From Cenococcum geophilum (Eukaryota), in NCBI GenBank assembly GCA_050273025.1, contig CP158635.1:29574001-29638000 (forward strand): DNA of 64,000 nucleotides, read 5' to 3'. Positions 11,401 to 23,710 of the stretch are shown in pieces. The notes beneath the pieces are model-generated. The model saw nothing but the letters and a program-made list of their open reading frames with translations. It had not been told where the DNA came from and searched no databases. Both the position numbers and the translations under genes were made by a program. Each line of letters opens with the position of its first letter. Within the stretch, counting starts at the first letter, position 1.

Positions 11401-14349
11401 GCCGTCGTCCTTCCTCTTCTTCTCCCTCGCCTCAGACGACGCAATGAACGCTACGTTATGAAGCTGCAGATCCAGGAATGTCCCTTTCAGCTCTGGCGAG
11501 ATCCTGGATAGCGTAATGCCCTCAACGGCGCCAAAGACAAGCCAGTCCCGCTTTGTCTTGCCCTTCTTTCGCGAAATATGGATACCGACTTTGACGGTGA
11601 TGTTTTTGATTTCTATAACACCGAGAATTTCGAACTTGTTTTCGCGCTTGACGACTTTGCCTTTGCACTTGACGACTTTGCTTTCCTTCTTCTTAGGCTC
11701 CTCCTTAGACTTCTTCCGCTTGGATTTCATCTTGGCAATCTCTTCGTCTATCTCCTTAGAAATCTTCTCGGAATGTTGTATGACGTTCTCCGTGCAATTT
11801 TCAATGCCAATCCTCTTGAAATAGCGGGATTTTACTTTATCGTAAATAGCCTGATTTGAGTTATATGTGCTCAAATCATCTAAATTGAAGTCTCTGTATT
11901 CACCATTTTTAGAGGTTGTAGATGAAGCGTCTTCGTTATCAGACTCGGCATCGTCTCCAGCTTTGTTGCCCTTCTGCTTGAACCCAATGAAGATGCTCAG
12001 CCCTGCCTGCTTGATAGTGACCTCTGTATCGGGGATTTTGTAGTCATCAATGCCTCCTTCGATCGTCAGACCGTCGCTCGCGATCCTAAGCTTTGCGTTG
12101 GCGCTTGCACTGCTGTTGAAGGTTACGCGTCCGTCTAATTGTAGGGCTCTTAAGGTCGTTTTGTCCTCTTCGATCTTCTTACTGGACAATTCGAGGCTAA
12201 GTTTCTCGAAGATCAGATCGTTGCCCGCAGTCTCATCTTCGTCCTTAGAACTTGGTTTGCTGTCTTCTACTGGAGATTTTTGGCCAGAAATTTGTTGGTA
12301 GATTCTTTTGATTTCGTTGAGCTTGAGATCACCTATTTCAGCCTTTAAGAAGTTATTGTCTACGCAAAAAGTTAATGGATTGCTAAGAATGAACGAGAAC
12401 AACTACAACGTACCGTTAGAGATTTGTCCCGTGACTTTGAATGACCCGTCTCCTAGCGTCAAGTCTGCCGAGAGCTCCAGTTTCAGACTCTTTTTGAAAT
12501 CTCCTTCTTTGAATGACGTCTTGAGCTGGGCCTTGGTTATCTGGCAATGGAATGGTTAGTAATGCAGACAGCCCGAGGATTACTTGACTCACCGTTACGT
12601 TCTTGATGCCATAAATGTCCTCCCACTTGTCACTTGTAATGACGAGGTTCCAGAGTCGCTTGGAATCCCCAGCATTTCCAGCTTTCTTGGAGCCCTTTTT
12701 ATCCAATTTCCCGGAATCCTTCTTGACTATTTTTTTGCCGGCCTCCAATACGGACACCTTGTCGTCGCTCTTGTCAGAATCTTCATCGTCTTCATCGTCA
12801 CTCTTGTTGGCGTCCTCGTCATCTTCATTCTCGTCTTTACCCATCCCAGGCACAAAATCTCTGGCGATCCTATACTTCATCTCCAACGGGGCATTGGCAT
12901 GAGGTATCTTAGTGATCCGCAAGGTTCCAAATAATCCAAAGCCGAAGTTCCATGACTTCTTTTCTTTATCCTTGCCAGCCGCTTGCGTAGCGGTGAGTTC
13001 GATGCCTATGGTATTGAATTCCAGGAAGTCCCAGGGCTTCAGGCCCAAGTTTCTGAACTCGCCTTTGAGGACCAGCTCGTTGATCTTTGGCCGCTTGGAC
13101 CAATCTCTCTCTTTGGAAAGGTGCGCGCTGAGATGAATTGAAGTCGGTAGCTTGTGATCACCGAACAAGTTCTTCAACAAATCACCTGCCCACTGAAGGC
13201 CATCCTTGAACAAAACGTCAACCTCGAGGCGCAAACCAGGAGGATAAAAGGAGTTCTCCTCCTCCTCCTCGGAATAGGTGAACTCCAAGCTCTCGATTGG
13301 TAGATTCTTGATGATGGAGCTCTCAAGGAATGGGAATAGCGTTCCGAGGGGTTCTCCCGCGAATTGAAAGCTCTTTGGATCTAACATGACTTTCTCGCGG
13401 GCAGGTTCCGTCTTTTTGTCATCGTTCTCATCTTCGCTTTTGTCCGTCTCATTCTCGGGGCCTTTGAAACGGTTAGATCTAGCCCGTGTATTCCGCTTTC
13501 CGCCATTTCCATCACTGCAATGATTTGGAAATAACTCATAGACTACTTACCCTTGAACTTGTATAGCTTTGCTTTCAGACCTTTGATCCCGAAGAAATTC
13601 TTGATATCTCCAGAAACCACATAGTTTTCAAGTTTAGCCTTTCCGACTGTCTTGCCGTCATCAATTGCATAAGCTGTCTCTTTGGCTGTGAGCCATCCTG
13701 CCTCTTTGGCAACGACACTTGGATCGGAATCGGATGCGAGTGCCAGGCCGGTGGTGATAGTGGCAAACGAGGGAAATTTCGTCAGGTCGGATAACTTCCA
13801 GTCTTGGAGACTCGAAGAAACCTTCTCCTCCTCGGGCAACAGCAAAATGGGAAGTTCGTGGTGCTTCCCCTGGCCTGTGCCCTTCGGGTTAGCAGCCAAA
13901 AGTTGGGCCTTCATTCCCATACTTCCCTGTATAACTGCGACAGGAAGATCGGCAAAACGCTTGTTTTCTTTGTCCGGGACGACAAGACAGAGATTGCAGA
14001 TGGCTGCGCCGCCAATCTTGGCGGTATTCCAATCATGGCCATCACTGTAGCTGTATGTCAAGTGAGGCTCTTCAGGACCCGAGGGAGGGTAACCAGTTAG
14101 GAATCCGCCTGATTGGTCGGAATCTAAGTCATCGGCAGACGGTTCAGGAAAGTAGTGGTTAATATTAACCTCGACATTACTGCGGTAGTCGAGATGAGCG
14201 GCGTCAATGAGAGCCTCAAGCTGGAGTTCTTCGAATTCGATGTTATCTAGCTCCTTTTCAATTGTATCTCCCGGAAGAAGCGCTGCACTGCCTGGGTCGA
14301 TACCGAGACCCGGAAAGAAGGCCTCAGGCTTTTCGGATTTGTGGGACAT
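8453..14349 (-). CDS. Large multi-exon protein of unknown function (~10 exons, ~1,800 aa); beta-rich middle, charged linkers, C-terminal coiled coil
   Basis: Consecutive minus-strand ORFs (13543-14349, 12416-13387, 11260-12402, 9375-10802, 8453-9121) are separated by short GT..AG introns. Donors include GTAAGT at 13550, GTGAGT at 12591, GTACGT near 12413 and 11268, and GTAAGT near 11062, 10838, 10655 and 9417. Codons are not RIP-damaged. Confidence 0.85.
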
Positions 14350-14919
14350 AACGATAGCTCGTTAAGAGCCACTCTAAAGCTGGGGAAGAATTTAAGTATC
14401 ACAATTGATCTGAATACAGTGACTCGTGTGTTGCTTTGGAAACTTTAGATTGAACGGGTTCACAAGCACTACTTAACAGCAGGACATTGAGGAATCGAAA
14501 TCATGGAACTAATGCTCTCTCTCTCACACCGCTTTTCACGCTCGTGGCCTCCGGAATGGTCTTGAGACACATATCGATTAACCGTCGGCAATCGACTAGA
14601 GGTTGAGAAGTCAATTTTGCTAAAGTTATCGAAGATTGCATGAACGGAAGATAAGACGGGGTAAATCTAAAGTGGGCGGGCGTAGCCGTGCCGTGTGGCG
14701 CCGCTGATCTGAAAACGCCATCCTATGAGTAAGTGACAACGCATATTACTTAGCTCCTATAGTGTGTTGCTACCGCCGAAACTTTGAAGTAGTGTACACC
14801 AGAATAGAATACTGATGTTTTGTTTCTTCTGCAGAACCAGATTGCGTGCTCCTACGTACGTATAGGATCTTCTATGCTAGAGTCAGAGGTGGCTACCTGA
14901 AGCATTAGTGATTTATGTA

Positions 14920-15102
14920 CACCACCCTGGCGCATCCGGTTGAAAGCGCATGTTGATCTTGGTGATCAAACGGCAGAGTTTATACCTTTTGGGGTAATAC
15001 GCACGGCCACTTTAACGTATTTTTACCTTTTTTAGGTATAAATCTACGCATTTTGATTAGCGTGATCAACACGCGCTTTCAACCGGATGCGCCAGAGTGG
15101 TG
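14920..15102. mobile_element. MITE, Tc1/mariner-type (183 bp)
   Basis: TIRs of about 39 bp (CACCACCCTGGCGCATCCGGTTGAAAGCGCATGTTGATC and its reverse complement with 2 mismatches), flanked by TA on both sides. Confidence 0.88.
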
Positions 15103-15892
15103 TACTGGAAGACGAATCTGCGTTATGTGCAGAATCTCCCTATACAGAGAGATGATATACAGAGAGATGACTATGCCCGTCATCGGCGCCTGTGAGATCC
15201 ACTACATCGATCACCTCATTAGACCGACGCCGTCGTCTCTGTAGTAGATGGCACAACTAGTTGACAGAAGGCTGAGGATCAATCCTCTCAGGGATATCAT
15301 ACTGTCTCGTAGATACAACCGTATTCTACCTTAACAGGAGCTGCACCGTCCACATTTAGATCTCTCTTATGGCCAGACCTCTGCCTTTTTACCTGTACAG
15401 GTTTAGTACCCATTTCATCATCTAGTCTTGATCTCTTCGCCACCGGTGGGAACACGTCCTTTAGTATGTCAGTCTTGCACAGCGCATTTGCTTCTACTCC
15501 TTTAGGATCAGCGCTTAGGTCTCGGCCATAGTTGTCGTACTGTCGTGTGTCATTCCCTTTCTATGCAAGTCCACGCGTCCAGCGTTTTCCCAAGTTTGGC
15601 CACTCAGATGAGCACATACACTCAAGGATTGACTTGCGTGAGTGGTGCGAAAGAGGGTCTTACTTCGCTCCACATTTATCAGCTGTATATGTATGCAACA
15701 TAGTAGAAAGGGGGTGCAGATTCTAGTGAGGCACGCTGGAAGCGCCTGGAAATTCGCTGATGCAGTTACACCTTCCTAAATCAGCCACATATGATGAAAT
15801 TATCAGCCGTAAATAGAGGAGGTGTGGATTCTGGTAAGACATACTCAAAGCGTTCGGAAGCTTGCAAGCTGACTGGGCGTCTTCATGACTTT

Positions 15893-16652
15893 GGGTACGT
15901 TCGGTTGCAAATCGGCTCCATATCATATTTGTTCAATCTGTGCGTATTTTAGTGTCGCCTGTTTTGTAATTAGTGGCGGCTACTACCGTGGCTTATTTGA
16001 ATCTGTAACTGAGTCGATCGTTCGGTAAGCTTCCATATAAGGCTCCAGATCTGGCTTCGCACAATGCGTGATTAACGTCGGTAAGCGATTCGAGTGAGGC
16101 CCTCTGCCACCAGGCCTCTATCGCGACTCCTTACTTTGGTGTAGTAATAGAGTCTCCTCCTCGGCCAACGCCCTCTCTGCGATTAACGCTTTCTACACCT
16201 TCGCCCGTCTCCCGTATGAGCCGTAGCAGAGCCACAGCGACGCCCGCGACCGCCGCGACGAAATAAGCTTAGTGCGATTACAAAGGTCAAAATAATAACA
16301 TCAGATAAGGCTTGCAAATGCGACAGTAGTATCGCGATCGGGGTGTGTGGAGTCGCCATATCACAAAAGTCGTTACTTTGGCGCGTATATGAGAGCTCCA
16401 TATTGGTATGAAATATGGAACGGAGGCTCGAAGGCAACATATTGAAACGGTGCCAAGAACCTCATTTCAACTACTATATGTAGTATAGCTTGCAAATTTG
16501 ACGCGCTTACCGATATAGAAGAGCTCCATATTCAAAAGTCGTCAGATCCACCGAACGACCACCGAACGACCACCTCATATTCGGATTTGAGCTCCATTTC
16601 GGTTAAATATGGAGCCTCCATATTGAATATGAAGTTGCAACCGAACGGCCCC
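15893..16652. mobile_element. Putative non-autonomous PIF/Harbinger-like element (760 bp)
   Basis: Termini GGGTACGTTCGGTTGCAA and TTGCAACCGAACGGCCCC. Repeated subterminal motifs GCTCCATAT and CACCGAACGAC. No clean 3-bp TSD is visible. Confidence 0.55.
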
Positions 16653-16812
16653 TGTGTCCCTGCAAGTATGTCACATTGGCCGTGTGAGACAAGCACCTGC
16701 ATACGAGTATTGAATTAAAGGTCAGGATAGGAAACGGCTAGTGTGACCGATGCAGGATCCCCGGCAGACCACTGCATATCCGTTACCCGCAAGGAGATTC
16801 CTGTCTTTGTTA

Positions 16813-17026
16813 CGGAGGTGCGTTGCAAAAGTCTTCGCCGCCCCTTATTAGGCGGTCTTATGGGCGGTGGCTGCCTTAAGGTTGGTAGGGCAACGGGTTA
16901 GAAGCCGCCCAATGGCGCCTAAGGTCCCCCAGAACCGTCTTAGAATGCGCCCAATTTTCGGCTATATGCGGGCTTTTTAGGCTCAACCTAGGTAGGGCCG
17001 GCAAAGACTTTTGCAACGCACCTCCG
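16813..17026. mobile_element. MITE, Tc1/mariner-type (214 bp)
   Basis: TIRs CGGAGGTGCGTTGCAAAAGTCTT and AAGACTTTTGCAACGCACCTCCG, flanked by TA on both sides. Confidence 0.88.
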
Positions 17027-17613
17027 TACGAAGACGAGAGACAGCTGGGAACCATGACGATTATTTCTGCTGTATTATCGAATACATGCCAGTACGAGAT
17101 AATTGCGAAATCGCATGCTACCTCAATAATCTCGTACTACCTCATAAGGTCGTCAACTACCGCATCACAGCATATCTCGGGAATAAGGCCACGGCCTCTG
17201 TAACCGATTACCGGCGTTATGCCGAGACACAAGACTGCAGCCTGGAAGGCTCCGAGACAGCGTCAGCACTACCCTCGTATGTCTCGGATATAGTCAAAGA
17301 TTAAGTCATGGACTCTTCGGTCAGGACTCTACTTTCATGTATATATTCCACTTGATTTCCATAGATTTACAATCAAGTCGCTTGGTCAATTCCCATACAC
17401 TGCAAAGCTTACAGCCTCTTATAATCATTATATGCATACCTTTCCGAACATACTTTGTGGCAACTCGGAGCAGTCCTGGTCTTGAAGGCCCCTCGTCTGA
17501 TAATTCACAATTATAAAGATTTCTAATTCTACTGCCTTACGCATCCAAGTAACAAAATTCTAGTCTCGACAATGTTCTCGTGTTTGTTTTCATTGTTCTC
17601 ATCGCTCTTCTTA

Positions 17614-17919
17614 TTAGGCTCCATGTTTACAATTAGACTTCCGATTTCGACGAGACTTTCTGGCCCTGCGACGCTTGAGTGATCGCTGAGAGTCTGTGCA
17701 AGCCGTGAAGCCGACCGAATTATCTTGTGTACCATTCGCATCGCCGTTGATCTCCGAAGCGGCAAGTAGATAACCATAGCAGCCATTGCACATAGGTTCG
17801 TCCCATTTATCTTTGGCGAAAGCCACCAGTTTCGATATTTTCCCCAGACTACAGCGATTGCATGTGAAGGCGGCGGGTTTAACAAGTCGATGAAGGTATA
17901 ATTGAGTGTTGTGGTCCAT
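17614..17919 (-). CDS. Small putative zinc-ribbon protein (FTCNRC...KISKLVA...W...CNGCYG)
   Basis: 101-aa ATG-initiated ORF with two CxxC pairs about 20 aa apart and a basic tail, in non-RIP sequence. Confidence 0.65.
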   Translation of the reverse strand: MDHNTQLYLHRLVKPAAFTCNRCSLGKISKLVAFAKDKWDEPMCNGCYGYLLAASEINGDANGTQDNSVGFTACTDSQRSLKRRRARKSRRNRKSNCKHGA

Positions 17920-18985
17920 AAGCTAAACCGTCGATCGTGTTTTGAAGCTGCGAGGCACTCGTCACACTCAGGTGTGAGCTGGTGAGTTGAGACTGCTGCT
18001 CGCTAGCAAACGCGCGATGCGTTATTTGAGCATCAACAGCCAATTAGACGAAGGAGGCGTTCTAGCCCCGGCACGGTAACGGCCGTTTAGACGGAGACGA
18101 ATTGATCATGTTGCCTTCACAGCGGCCTGCACGTTAGATCAGCTTCACAACAGCCTTCATAAACGATTTTCCGAGGGCCAGGGGCCAGTTCACATCAGTA
18201 TCACATTCCAGCCAACCCTTCCATCTCGCAGATTTCTTCCGTCATGAGCTCGAACGCGATAACTAGTTAAAGAATAAGTACACGAATCACACAAGCTACC
18301 TTATATTTGGCACAGCGAAAACGCACCTTTAATAGCAATATTACTATCGCTACGACCTATCCTTCCTCCTACCTCGAAACGTATATAATAGGTAATGAAA
18401 AGGAGGAACTGGGGACCAGCCGCGGGGTCCTTTGGACTTGATGGGTAGAGGTCGCACTTCACTCGCTTAATTTGGCCCACCACCAAATATGTTAACCTTA
18501 CCCGTCACTCCTCTCACCTTTACAACTATTTCGCAACGGCTTTTAAATTAACACCTACGATTAAAATACGTTTTAAATACATTTAATTAATCTTTATTAT
18601 CTAAACACATTGCGAAAGTAATATAGCTGCGATAAAAGTATTAAAAGATAGTGTAGGTAAACTTTAAATAAACTTTAAACAGGGTTTTAAAGTGAGATTT
18701 AAACATTATTCTAATATATTCTAATTATAATGGGGCTCCTCTAAGAGATACCTTAAACTAGGTAAGCTTATAGGCTACCCTTTCTTTAAAAAGACTGGGA
18801 ATAAGATAATAAATAAAGTAAATACTTTTTAATATATTCTAATTATAGAACAGCGTAGAGCTTATTAGAGTTATTATTAAGTATAGTAAAATCTTTTATA
18901 GGGCTTAGCTGGGAGACTTAGATAAGAGTTGTGGGGTATGTTATAAATATATTTATAACGCTTCTAGATATACTTTCCTTATAGA

Positions 18986-21521
18986 TATTAGTGACTTAGT
19001 TAATTAAGGCACGGACACATTAAGAAAGACGCGTAAGCCTATATAACCGGATTGTCTATAAACGAGGATCTAAAGCTAGAGAAAGGAAAGAAGAAGAGCA
19101 GCGTTGGTTAAAGTATGGCTCTTTTATGCGGCCCCCTAGTTATATAACCGTAAAGTTCTACTAAGTTCTGCCGTTTTCTACCAGTGCTATAATATCCCCC
19201 CCCCTTAGTAAAGTTAGGCTCTCGCCTATACTTATTTACCTACTATTATATTAATTTTTAGGCCTTTTCTAAATTTATACAGGTTACTATCTAGGCTTCT
19301 TCTAAGCGCTTAGCGTAGTACTAGGCTTTCTTATAAGATAGCTTTTCACGTATCCCTTAACCCGCCGGAATGCGTCCTACCGTTATCGATAAGAACTGGC
19401 CAATTAGATTAACTAAGTCGAATCATCATGATCAAGAATACAAAGCTGGTGATATGTTGATCGCTATTTAAAATTGATATAGAGGCTTAATTCTTAGAGT
19501 TGAGTCGCTTGATATAAGGTATCCAACAGTCGTCGCATAAAGAATTAATTGAATATAGCGAATAGATTGTGTTAATTAACATTGGTAGGTAAATTTAGCG
19601 CGCTATAGTCGTTAAAATCGTTAATATGCATAGGAGTAAAATTAGGCGACGCTATGGCTTCGGTGGTGGTTTTTTAGCGCGCCAATTTGGCTATACGTTA
19701 TACTAAGTCGGTTGAACAAGATATATATCATTAGAAGTACGATTGGAAGGCATAGTTGATGGTAATTAATTGATCAAATCTATATAGGTCATACGCGTAG
19801 TTTTGATTCTGGTGTTCAAGCACGGACTAACTTCTCGTAGGACGCTGGCGGGTTAAGGGATAGTTTAGGGTCCTTTCAGTCTTTTCTAGTTAAAGCTTAT
19901 ATGGGTTAAGTAGTCTATTTCTAGTTAGATAGGGGCAAATCTAGTAGAGTTATGGGGTAAGGTTACTTAGGTATAGTCTATTAAAGGTAGTAGTTTAGCC
20001 TAGTTATTCTAGAAGTAGTTAATATAGGGCCGGAGTCTCTAGTCTAAGTATTAATTTATAATCTCTATCTAATCGTTTATTTAAAGGTAGTATACTATAA
20101 AAAGCTTTAGCCTAATACCTAGGATTTAGATAAACTCGTTCTAAAAGGCTAATATAAATTACGGCCTGCGATTATATATTATAGTATTTAGTAGTCCGTA
20201 GATTTAGTAGACGTAGTAGATATATAGTTAGGCCGCCTTTTTAGTATAAATATTTTTATAATAGGGAATTAAAAATGGACGCTTGCTAAACCGGTTAACT
20301 AAAATTATAACTATATTATATCCGTTACGGTCTAGAGGTAGTTTATAGAAATCTATAGAAATATGCTGCTAGGGGTGTTCTAGTATTAGGAGAGGTTTTA
20401 ATAGCCCTAGGGTCTTATATTGCGGAATTATAAACCTATAGTAGCCGTTATAGTTCCGTACGTAATGGTTAAAATCTATAACTATAGGCTAGTAGCGTCC
20501 TTTGCCTTTTTACGGTACTTCTATAGAGAAGGGGCCGTACGGTTTACCTATAGTAGTTTATTAATAAGGTTAAGTTCTATAGAGTTAATAGGGTATATCT
20601 TGGCTTTTAAGGATTCTATATTTAGTTCTGCCTATATTTAAGGGTTAAGGTGCTCTAGTTATAGTAGCATATAGGTCTGTAATAAGATCTTTGCGGCTAT
20701 TTATTTATCTAGGTCCTATTCCTATCTTATAAGTATATCCGTACGGCTTATAGCGCCTAGCCTATATATAATTAGAAAGTTAAACTAAGATAAAATATCC
20801 GCCTAGTACGCCTACTATGCTGTAAGGGCCTTTATTATTATAAAATATTCTAAGGCCTTATAATTAGAAACTACCTAAATAGGCTTAGAGGTCCCTTTTA
20901 ACTATACTCGCTAGTGCTAAAAGCTAGAGATAATAGCTAGCATTTCTTTATTATAAATTGGGTAGTTTAGCTTAGTATCTACTATAGTCTTTAAATAGTA
21001 AGTAATAGGATAATATTCTTTATCCGTCTACTTTTAGAAATAAACGCTAGCTATAATACTGTCTATAGCGTTAGTTTTTAGTATTAAGGGCCGTTTTAAG
21101 TTAAAGTAGGTAAGTAAGGGAGCGGAGACTAGTTATTTCTTAAGCTTATTAAAAGCCTGTCTATATACGGTGTTAAAGTAAAACGGCTAGTTCTTTATAG
21201 TAAGGTGGCTAAGGGGCTAAGTAATCCTACTATAGTTCTTAATAAAGCGTTAGTAGAAGTTATAGAAACCTAAAAAAATTATACCCCCTTTATAGCCCTT
21301 AGGGGTACCCACCAGTTAATTACGGCCGTCCTTTTTAGGTCTACCTTAATTCTATCTATATTAATAATAAATCCTAGGTACTTTATATGTTTAACACTAA
21401 ACTCCAATTTCCTAATATTAGCCTAAAGGCTAGCCTTATGGAGCTATTATAGGACCTTATAGATATACTCCTTATATTTTAGCTTATTCTTAAAGCAGAT
21501 TATAATATTATCTAGGTAGGC
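18986..21521 (-). mobile_element. Gypsy relic of a related family: 3' LTR plus RT end, RNase H and integrase, with internal deletions
   Basis: LTR at 18986-19194 with reverse-complement PPT (TCCCCCCCCCT) adjacent. The pol sequence is homologous to 27060-29040 and begins at AYLDD near 21520. The end of integrase and the chromodomain are missing. Confidence 0.85.
19354..19859. mobile_element. Non-autonomous TIR element (506 bp) with CCC...GGG ends and probable 2-bp TSD (CACTA/CMC-like)
   Basis: TIRs CCCTTAACCCGCC...GCGTCCTAC and GTAGGACGC.GGCGGGTTAAGGG. AT lies on both sides, and removing the element restores the Gypsy integrase sequence. Confidence 0.8.
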
Positions 21522-22553
21522 TATTACGGCGCTAGTGGAAACTAGTAGATTGTGGCTAATAGATATTGGTAGATTATAGTAAACAGTCGCAGATAGTTAT
21601 AGACAGTTTTATACAGTTTTAGACAGTTGTTATTATGTAACTAAAGGATTATATATAACGTTAAGCGGCGCTACTTTTTATCTCCTTTCCTTTCTCTAGC
21701 TTTAGATCCTTATTTATAGACTACCAATTATATAGGCTTGCGCGTCCTTTTTGCCGTACTCGTGCCTTAATTAACTAAGTCACTAACATTATCTAAAGCT
21801 CGTCTACTCTTCTTCCTAAAAAGGAACTTAAAAATATTTATAGACTATAAACAGGAATAGAACATAGAAGTAGACCTAAAGACTATTACTAAAACTTAAA
21901 GAATAAAACAGAACTAGAAAAATAAAAAAGAATAATAAGACCTATAGAACACGTATAGACTAGAACCCCTACAGAATCCTACTAAAAGTTACCCTAATAA
22001 CCATATTACTATATTAAGAACTACAGCGGCCGGCAAAGTAGCCGTAGGACCCTTAAATACCTCTAATAGTAAAACAGCAACTAACTTAAACTCCTAGGTA
22101 GAGCTTATAGCAGCTAATACTAAAATTAAATAACTTTAAGAGCTGCTTAAAGCTAGAGAACCCTATACACTTAATAAAGAGTTATTAGATACCTAGAGAC
22201 TTGCTATAGTCCTTAAGGCCCTAGCCTAATGTATAGCATTAGTATTATTACGGTCCGCGAAGGTCGCGGACCCCCTATTACTTATAGACGGAACCGACCT
22301 ATATTTAATAATTAGAAGCTTTAATTATAGGATAAGCTTAAAGTTAATACGGACTACTTTCCTACTACTTAGGCTAAAATAGCCTATGTTTTTGGCCGCA
22401 CCGGCGGGGACGCATAGATGCACCTACGTCCGCGATACGTATAGGACTTAGTAAATCCCTTCCTCTCTAAAGAAGAGATAATTGTCTACCTATCTTCTAT
22501 CTATAAGGACCCCTTTAAAGTATAAAACGCTCGACTTAATCACAAAAGCCCAA
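21522..22553 (+). mobile_element. Gypsy 5' LTR (21522-21788) plus truncated gag, sister family of the 23931 element
   Basis: The 3' half of the LTR and the gag are colinear with 24040-24915; the 5' half of the LTR differs. Truncated by the LTR at 22554. Confidence 0.82.
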
Positions 22554-22860
22554 CGTTACGGGACGGGGGCAGTGGCTACAAAGCGTATATATTAGGAGTC
22601 TATAAGACGTTACGCGATCGATTGTAAGGGTTGAGGGCGTAAGGAGGTGATATACCTACGCGTAGCTGACGTAAGCTGTACGTAAGGTGTATATAAGAGT
22701 ACGGGGCTCTCCTATAGAGGCCCCTGCGGTAGGGTTCCGTAACACTACCCCCCCTTTTATAGAGGCGGAGCTTCGGCGACGCTATGGTTACTATATATAT
22801 ATAGAAGGAATGCTTAGGGTATAGAAAAGAAAAAAGGGGGTATCGCTAAAGGCTTAAAAC
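22554..22860 (-). mobile_element. 3' LTR (22554-22744) and PPT/3' UTR of another LTR retrotransposon
   Basis: Inverted ends GTTACGG and CCGTAACA, followed by CTACCCCCCC (reverse-complement PPT). Confidence 0.7.
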
Positions 22861-23283
22861 AACGTTATGTAATAAGGCTTGGCACCTAGAAATCCAACTA
22901 ATTAGATAACTTTAACCGCTGGTTAAAGTTTCTGGATATCTTAACGATATTTTGGTTACGTAATCGTACTTTGCCGTTATATAATAGCAACTTGCGGTAA
23001 TCTAACGGCAATTTGCCCTTACGTGGTAATATATAACAGTTTAACTCTATAAGGGCTCCTATAGAGGATTAGGTATAAAATCTCTACTTAAGCCCGGTTT
23101 CTGTAGGTTCGCGTAGTAGAAGTTGCTAATTAGGTCCTTTGCATTTTTAAAGTCTTCTTATAGTTGCTATTTTGGCTAATCTATGTTAAATCCTATGTAG
23201 ATAGCTCTGTAGTAGAGCCATTGTCCTCTGCCTTTACTAAAGTATTTAGAGTTAATAATTTATTTGCACCTAATTTAGAAGGT

Positions 23284-23710
23284 GGAGATTAAGTATTAGT
23301 ATGCGAATTCTTAACTACGCCTAGTTTAGAGGGCGGAGATTAAGTATTAGCCTGTAAACCCTAAGTCTTAGAGTTTCCTAGAAGCGGAGATCTAGTATTA
23401 TAACTTAAATCCTAAGCCTTAGGATTTAAGAGGAGCGGAGATTTAATACTATATTCTAAATTCTAAATTTCTAGATTTCCTACTACCTAGGAACTAGTGC
23501 TACACTATAAATCTTAAACTTTAAAATTTTTTATAATCGGAGATCTAGTACTATATTATAAATATTAACCTTAGGCTTATCTAAAAGTTAAGACTTAGTG
23601 TTATACTATAAGCTCTTATACTTAAACTGCCTTAAGGATTTAGATTTAATACTATACTATAAGGTTTAATATCCAGATTACTCTAAGGGCTAAGACCTAA
23701 TACTGCGCTA
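23284..23710 (-). repeat. Degenerate 51-bp tandem repeat, about 9 copies (17-aa QYQIS-like unit)
   Basis: The anchor GGAGAT(C/T)TA(G/A)TA or variants recur at 23284, 23335, 23386, 23437, ~23488, 23539, 23590, 23641 and 23692. Confidence 0.8.

Noticed and set aside
8406..14100. Many plus-strand ORFs over the large gene
   Set aside because: They are antisense shadows of the minus-strand coding exons.
8400..18500. GC island as Starship cargo
   Set aside because: No DUF3435 tyrosine-recombinase captain or element boundaries are recognisable in the window, so this cannot be supported here.
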